Shown here in pieces: positions 16,765-21,388 of a stretch of DNA of 21,388 nucleotides (positions are counted from its first letter, which is position 1; each line of letters opens with the position of its first letter). The notes under the pieces were generated by a model, which worked only from the letters and a program-made list of their open reading frames with translations, was not told where the DNA came from and made no database searches. The translations under genes were made by a program, and so were the position numbers. The stretch covers positions 1-21,388 of the forward strand of contig JBDHAB010000045.1 in NCBI GenBank assembly GCA_039588295.1. The letters run 5' to 3'. This stretch comes from Gemmatimonadota bacterium. GTDB taxonomy: Bacteria; Gemmatimonadota; Gemmatimonadetes; Gemmatimonadales; GWC2-71-9.

Positions 16765-16784
16765 ATGTCGCGAGGGTGCAACAT
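16765..16784. promoter_or_regulatory. Putative upstream activator site (palindrome ATGTCGC-N6-GCAACAT, TGT-N12-ACA)
   Basis: Imperfect inverted repeat about 125-145 bp upstream of the -24 element, where enhancer-binding protein sites usually lie. Confidence 0.45.
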
Positions 16785-16835
16785 CGGTATTCGCGGCGCA
16801 GCGCAGAGATACGGAAACGCTTGAGGGTAACACTG

Positions 16836-16860
16836 TAACTCGTTGTGGAAAAACAACTTA
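16836..16860. promoter_or_regulatory. AT-rich IHF-like binding site(s)
   Basis: taactcgttg-tggaa-aaacaactta contains inverted (C/A)AA-N4-TTA cores and sits between the putative activator site and the sigma54 core promoter. Confidence 0.45.
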
Positions 16861-16906
16861 GCATGATCGCCGGTCCCCGCTAAACGGGCCTCGAAAGCGC
16901 TGCAGA

Positions 16907-16921
16907 TGGCATAGGGATTGC
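16907..16921 (+). promoter_or_regulatory. Sigma54 (RpoN) -24/-12 promoter
   Basis: TGGCATAGGGATTGC: GG (16908-09), N10, GC (16920-21), a close match to TGGCAC-N5-TTGC, about 85 nt upstream of the giant ORF. Confidence 0.72.
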
Positions 16922-17007
16922 GCCCTCCATTGTGTTGCGCGGTTTAATCGGTCTGCCGGATGTCGCAGCTGCCTCAGTCACGCCGTTGAATCGGAGAGGT
17001 GCAGTCG

Positions 17008-20000
17008 TTGAAGAATCAGGTGGTACCGTTCCGATCAACTAAGTTGCCACGCGCCACCACACGCCTGCGAAGCGTGCTGGCCGTGCTTGCGGGCGCTGCG
17101 CTGGTCTCCACCTGTCAACTCGATAAGCTCGTAAGCCCACCGGATCCCGGAGTTCCCACCGTTGCTCCGGCACAAGTGCGTGACTCGGCGGCCGTGGGAA
17201 GCACGGCGCCGCGCACGATGACCGCGCAGGTCACGAATGCCGGTGGCGGCACGCTCATCTGGTCGGCTACCAAGGCGCAAGGACGTGCCTGGCTCACGCT
17301 GAGTCCGACGGAGGGTGCGGCGCCGACGACGGTGACCGTGACGCTCAGTCCGGTGGGGTTGGCGGTTGGCGTGCACCGCGACACGATCGTGATTGTTGCT
17401 GGGGGTAGCACCGGCGAAGACCCCACACGCGTGCCGGTCGAGTTCACCATCCTTCCGTGCCAGATCACTCCGATCGCCCTTGGTGACGTAGTAGCGGACT
17501 CGCTCACCGAGAGCGACTGCACAGCGCCAAACCGCCTTGATCGGTTCGGGAAGCTGTACAGCTTCGCTGCGACCGACGGCGACTCGGTCTCGATTCTCCT
17601 CTCCTCGACTGCATTCGACAGTTATCTGGTGCTGGACAGCGCCGCCGTCCCGGCAGACGCACGGTTTGTGGAAACCGACGACTGCGGACCGGCGACCGGT
17701 GATGCGTGCTTCAGGTATCTGTTATTGCGGCGAACCGGCACCCATGTCATTGAGGCGACGAGCGCCAGCGCGGATGAGACGGGTGCCTTCAGCCTCAGCC
17801 TGAACGCACCGATGGCCCCGAACGTGCCCGGGCAACTCCAGCAGTTCCGTTCGGACAGCCTTACGCCGATTGCCACTGGTGCAGCAGTCGTTGACACTGC
17901 AGTCGTTCTTGCAGCACGGGTCACCGATCCTGATGTCGCCGATTCGGTGTGGTTGCAGCTCGAGCTCCGTCCGGTTGGGGTGCCCTTTACGGGCGTTCCC
18001 ACCGATGCGAGTGCATTGGTTGTGAGTGGTGCTGTCGCCAAGGTGGCCGTGCGGGGCCTTGCCGATGATACCGACTTTCACTGGCAAGTACGGACGCGTG
18101 ACTACACGGGACGCACCAGCGACTGGGTTGCCTACGGGGGCAACCCAGAGACAGCGACGGACTTCCGTATCGCACAGCCGCAAGCGCCAGCTGACCCGAC
18201 GGACCTGACGCAGCGACGTGTTGATCGTGTAACGCCTGTGGGCATCGGTGCCAGCGTTCCCGAGCCAACACTCGTCTTCACCGGGCTCGTGACTGATGTG
18301 GACCAGGGTGACCAGCTGCGGCTGGAGGTGGAGGTACAGCCTGTCGGCACCGCGTTTACTGAGACGCCGACGGGCTCTAGCGTCCAAGTGGTGAGCGGTG
18401 ATACAGCCTTTGTGACGGTAGCGGCGCTCCCCGACGACCGCAATTACCATTGGCAGGCGCGCACGACCGATCTTGCCGGACTGGCGAGCGCATGGGTGTC
18501 GTTCGGGAACAACGCTGAGATGGATCCGGACTTTGCCGTGGCGGTACCCGAATCGCCACCCGTGCCCACTGCGCTCGCACAGCTCGAGAGCGACAGCACC
18601 ACGACGGTACCCGTGGGCGACACGCTGCCCAACGCGGGTATGGTCTTCCGCGCTGCCGTCGCCGATCCTGATCCGGGCGCGCTGGTGCGCATTCAGGTAG
18701 AAGCACGGCCCGTTGGGCAGGCCTTCTCAAACGTGCCCTCGGACTCGAGTGGGTTCGCCCTCAGTGGGGATACCGTGTTTCTCGCCTCCGTGGGGCTTCC
18801 CGACGACACGGACTACCACTGGCAGGTCCGCACCAAAGATGAGACGGGACTGGAAAGTTCCTGGGTCAGCTTCGGCGGCAATCCTGAGACAAGCACCGAC
18901 TTCCGCATCCAACTACCCGCGACACAAGTCGGTTTCGCTACCCAGCCGACGGCGGTCGTGGTGGGCACTCCCATTGCTCCGGCGATTGCGGTGCAGGTGA
19001 AGAAGGCCTCCGGAGAAGTTGACATCAACTTCGCAGGTCAGGTCACGGTGGAGTTGACGCCGGGGACGGGTACGAGCGGTGCGATCCTCGGTGGAGCCAA
19101 GACGCAGGACGCCGCGAGCGGCACTGCCACCTTCTCCGACCTCACGGTGGACCGGGTCGGAACCGGGTACAAGCTGACAGCGAGTGCTGCGGTCCTGCCT
19201 CCGGTGACCAGTGTCGGATTCGACGTGACGGCTGGATCTGGGGCAGTCCTTGCCATTGTGACCCAACCGTCCTCGTCAGCCGAGAGTGGGGTGCCGCTCG
19301 CCCAGCAGCCCGTGGTGGAGATTCGTGATGCCGGTGGCAATCCCGTGCCGCAGGGAGGCGTCACGATCACGGTGTCTATCGCGAGCGGGCCGCCCGGGGC
19401 AACGGTGAGTAGCGCGACGGCCGTTACCGCGGGCAATGGAAGGGCGACGTTCTCCGGCCTGACGATTACCGGCCTGGTCGGCGCGTACACGCTCGGCTTC
19501 GCTGGGCCCGGCCTCACTGGAACTACCTCGGATACCGTTACCCTGTCGGCGAGCGCCGTCGCGCAGCTCGCGATCGTCACCCAGCCATCGGCCACGGCGC
19601 AGAGCGGAGTGCCGTTTGCGCAGCAGCCCGTTGTCGAGGTTCGGGATGCGGCTGGCAATCCGGTTGCCCAAAGCGGCATATCGGTCGCCGCGTCGATCTT
19701 CTCGGGTGGCGGCACGCTGTCGGGAACGACGCCTATTGCGACGGACGCGAGCGGTCGGGCCGCATTCACTGACCTGGCCATTGCAGGAGCTGCTGGCGAT
19801 CGGACACTCGTTTTTGCCTCTGGCGGGCTGACGAGCACGGTGCCGTCTAGCGTGATCTCCCTGACGGCCGGGGGGGCGACCCAGCTGACCATCGCGACGC
19901 AGCCGTCGGCGACGGCGCCGAGCGGGGTGGCGTTCGTGCAGCAGCCGGTGCTGCAGCTGCGGGATGGGGCGGGCAATGCGGTGAGTCAGAGTGGGGTGGT

Positions 20001-21388
20001 GGTGACGGCGGCGATTGCGACGGGTGGCGGCACACTGGGCGGGACACTGGCGGCAACGACGAACCCCAGTGGTCGTGCCACATTCACTGATCTCAACATC
20101 AGCGGCACGGTCGGGGACCGGACCCTTTCCTTCGAGACTACGGGGCTTACCGGAGTTACGTCGAACACGATCACCGTCACCCCGGGGACCGCTGCCCAAC
20201 TCGGCCTCACGACGCAGCCGCCTGCCGTTGCGCAAAGTGGGATGGTGCTGGCCCAGCAGCCCGTAGTCCAGGTGTTGGACGCGGCTGGTAATACGGTGAG
20301 CCAGAGTGGGGTGGTGGTGACGGCGGCAATCGCGACGGGGGGTGGGACGCTGGGAGGAACGACAACCGTCACGACCGCCGCCACGGGCGCAGCCGCGTTC
20401 ACCGACCTCGCTGTTACCGGGACAGAGGGCCCCCGCACCCTGTCATTCACCGCTACCGGCCTCGGGGCTGTTACCTCCAACACCATCAATTTGACGGCTG
20501 GTGCCCCAGGGCAGCTGACGCTCACGACGCAGCCGTCGGCCACGCCGCAGAGCGGGGTGGTCTTTACGCAGCAGCCGGTCCTCCAGCTGCGTGACTCTGT
20601 GGGTAACACGGTGGCGCAAAGCGGCGTGGTGGTGACGGTAACGATCGCGTCGGGCGGGGGCACGCTGGGGGGCACGCCGACGGCGACGACGAACGCGAGT
20701 GGGGTGGCGACGTTCACGAACTTGATGATCACGGGGACGGTGGGGGCGCGGACCTTGAGCTTCAATGCGACAGGGCTGACCGGTGTGACCTCGAACACCA
20801 TCAACGTGACGGCGGGGCCGGCGGCACAGCTGACCATCACGACGCAGCCGTCGGCGACGGCGCCGAGCGGGGTGGCGTTTGCCACGCAGCCGGTGCTGCA
20901 GCTGCGGGATGGGGCGGGCAATGCGGTGAGTCAGAGTGGGGTGGTGGTGACGGCGGCGATCGCGTCGGGTGGGGGCACGTTGGGTGGCACGCTGACGGCG
21001 ACGACGAACGCCAGCGGCGTGGCGACGTTCACCGACCTGGCGATCACGGGGACCGCTGGTGCGCGAACCCTGTCGTTCAGCGTGACAGGACTTACCGGTG
21101 CGACCTCGAACACCATCAACGTGACGGCGGGCGCCGCGAGTCAGCTGACCATTACGACGCAGCCGTCCGCCACGGTGCCGAGTGGTGTGGCGTTTGCCAT
21201 GCAGCCGGTGCTGCAGCTGCGCGATGGGGGCGGGAACGCGGTCGCCCAGAGCGGGGTGGTGGTGACGGCGGCGATTGCGTCGGGTGGTGGCACGCTGGGC
21301 GGGACGCTGACGGCGACGAGCAATGCGAGTGGGGTGGCGACGTTCACGAACTTGATGATCACGGGGACGGTGGGGGCGCGGACCTTGA
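17008..21388 (+). CDS. Giant multidomain surface lipoprotein / adhesin-like protein (3'-truncated, >1460 aa, absent from the ORF track)
   Basis: Manual translation of frame +1 finds no stop from 16990 to the window end. TTG 17008 follows RBS ggagagg (alternatives GTG 16999 or 17020). Signal ...RSVLAVLAGAALVST-C. Domains: BACON-like (NAGGGTLIWSAT..AWLTLSPTEGAAP), PPC-like (YSF...GDSVSILLSSTAFDSYLVL...ATSASADETGAFSLSL), then FN3-like and Ig-like repeats. Confidence 0.9.
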   Translation, partial: MKNQVVPFRSTKLPRATTRLRSVLAVLAGAALVSTCQLDKLVSPPDPGVPTVAPAQVRDSAAVGSTAPRTMTAQVTNAGGGTLIWSATKAQGRAWLTLSPTEGAAPTTVTVTLSPVGLAVGVHRDTIVIVAGGSTGEDPTRVPVEFTILPCQITPIALGDVVADSLTESDCTAPNRLDRFGKLYSFAATDGDSVSILLSSTAFDSYLVLDSAAVPADARFVETDDCGPATGDACFRYLLLRRTGTHVIEATSASADETGAFSLSLNAPMAPNVPGQLQQFRSDSLTPIATGAAVVDTAVVLAARVTDPDVADSVWLQLELRPVGVPFTGVPTDASALVVSGAVAKVAVRGLADDTDFHWQVRTRDYTGRTSDWVAYGGNPETATDFRIAQPQAPADPTDLTQRRVDRVTPVGIGASVPEPTLVFTGLVTDVDQGDQLRLEVEVQPVGTAFTETPTGSSVQVVSGDTAFVTVAALPDDRNYHWQARTTDLAGLASAWVSFGNNAEMDPDFAVAVPESPPVPTALAQLESDSTTTVPVGDTLPNAGMVFRAAVADPDPGALVRIQVEARPVGQAFSNVPSDSSGFALSGDTVFLASVGLPDDTDYHWQVRTKDETGLESSWVSFGGNPETSTDFRIQLPATQVGFATQPTAVVVGTPIAPAIAVQVKKASGEVDINFAGQVTVELTPGTGTSGAILGGAKTQDAASGTATFSDLTVDRVGTGYKLTASAAVLPPVTSVGFDVTAGSGAVLAIVTQPSSSAESGVPLAQQPVVEIRDAGGNPVPQGGVTITVSIASGPPGATVSSATAVTAGNGRATFSGLTITGLVGAYTLGFAGPGLTGTTSDTVTLSASAVAQLAIVTQPSATAQSGVPFAQQPVVEVRDAAGNPVAQSGISVAASIFSGGGTLSGTTPIATDASGRAAFTDLAIAGAAGDRTLVFASGGLTSTVPSSVISLTAGGATQLTIATQPSATAPSGVAFVQQPVLQLRDGAGNAVSQSGVVVTAAIATGGGTLGGTLAATTNPSGRATFTDLNISGTVGDRTLSFETTGLTGVTSNTITVTPGTAAQLGLTTQPPAVAQSGMVLAQQPVVQVLDAAGNTVSQSGVVVTAAIATGGGTLGGTTTVTTAATGAAAFTDLAVTGTEGPRTLSFTATGLGAVTSNTINLTAGAPGQLTLTTQPSATPQSGVVFTQQPVLQLRDSVGNTVAQSGVVVTVTIASGGGTLGGTPTATTNASGVATFTNLMITGTVGARTLSFNATGLTGVTSNTINVTAGPAAQLTITTQPSATAPSGVAFATQPVLQLRDGAGNAVSQSGVVVTAAIASGGGTLGGTLTATTNASGVATFTDLAITGTAGARTLSFSVTGLTGATSNTINVTAGAASQLTITTQPSATVPSGVAFAMQPVLQLRDGGGNAVAQSGVVVTAAIASGGGTLGGTLTATSNASGVATFTNLMITGTVGARTL
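17809..18915 (+). repeat. Three 369-bp (123-aa) FN3-like coding repeats
   Basis: Units start at 17809, 18178 and 18547. Shared motifs are L.Q...D..T, DPD/DVD, E..PVG..F, L.DD..(Y/F)HWQ.RT.D..G..S.WV.(F/Y)G.N.E...DF. Confidence 0.85.
18916..21388 (+). repeat. At least eight tandem ~315-bp (~105-aa) Ig-like coding repeats
   Basis: The TQP anchor occurs at 18940, 19261, 19579, 19897, 20212, 20527, 20842 and 21157 (spacings 321, 318, 318, 315, 315, 315, 315). Consensus: QL.I.TQPSATA.SGV.F.QQPVLQLRD..GN.V.QSGVVVTA.IA.GGGTLGGT..ATT..SG.ATFT.L.ITG..G.RTLSF...GL..VTSNTI.VTAG. Confidence 0.9.

Noticed and set aside
19038..21362. Repetitive minus-strand ORFs of about 310 aa (19038-19976, 19276-20235, 19986-20921)
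   Set aside because: They are antisense reflections of the + strand Ig repeats. The + frame has the promoter, RBS, signal peptide and coherent domains.
18916..21388. CRISPR array, or diversity-generating retroelement TR/VR pair
   Set aside because: The units are ~315-bp in-frame coding repeats without spacers. Mismatches between the near-identical copies are not adenine-specific, and no cas or reverse transcriptase gene is present.

Overview
GC-rich bacterial chromosomal DNA. The style of its lipoproteins and propellers suggests Gemmatimonadota, but that is an inference. From left to right: (1) a 5'-truncated + strand export operon encoding a TolC-family outer-membrane factor, an RND permease, two paralogous beta-propeller lipoproteins and a second, divergent RND permease, with no membrane-fusion protein in the window; (2) convergent korAB (2-oxoacid:ferredoxin oxidoreductase), transcribed divergently from a ferritin gene; (3) a Spy/CpxP-like periplasmic protein and a convergent SixA-type phosphatase; (4) a two-gene operon of a form IV RuBisCO-like protein and a cupin, resembling the Rhodospirillum rubrum MTA-isoprenoid shunt pair; (5) a giant surface lipoprotein (>1460 aa, 3'-truncated) that the ORF track does not list, with BACON-like and PPC-like domains, 3 FN3-like repeats and at least 8 Ig-like repeats, preceded by a convincing sigma54 promoter architecture. 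I saw no rRNA, tRNA, CRISPR array or mobile element. The best candidates for a new system are the dual-RND/propeller-lipoprotein exporter, the variant RLP-cupin pair and the sigma54-driven giant repeat protein.
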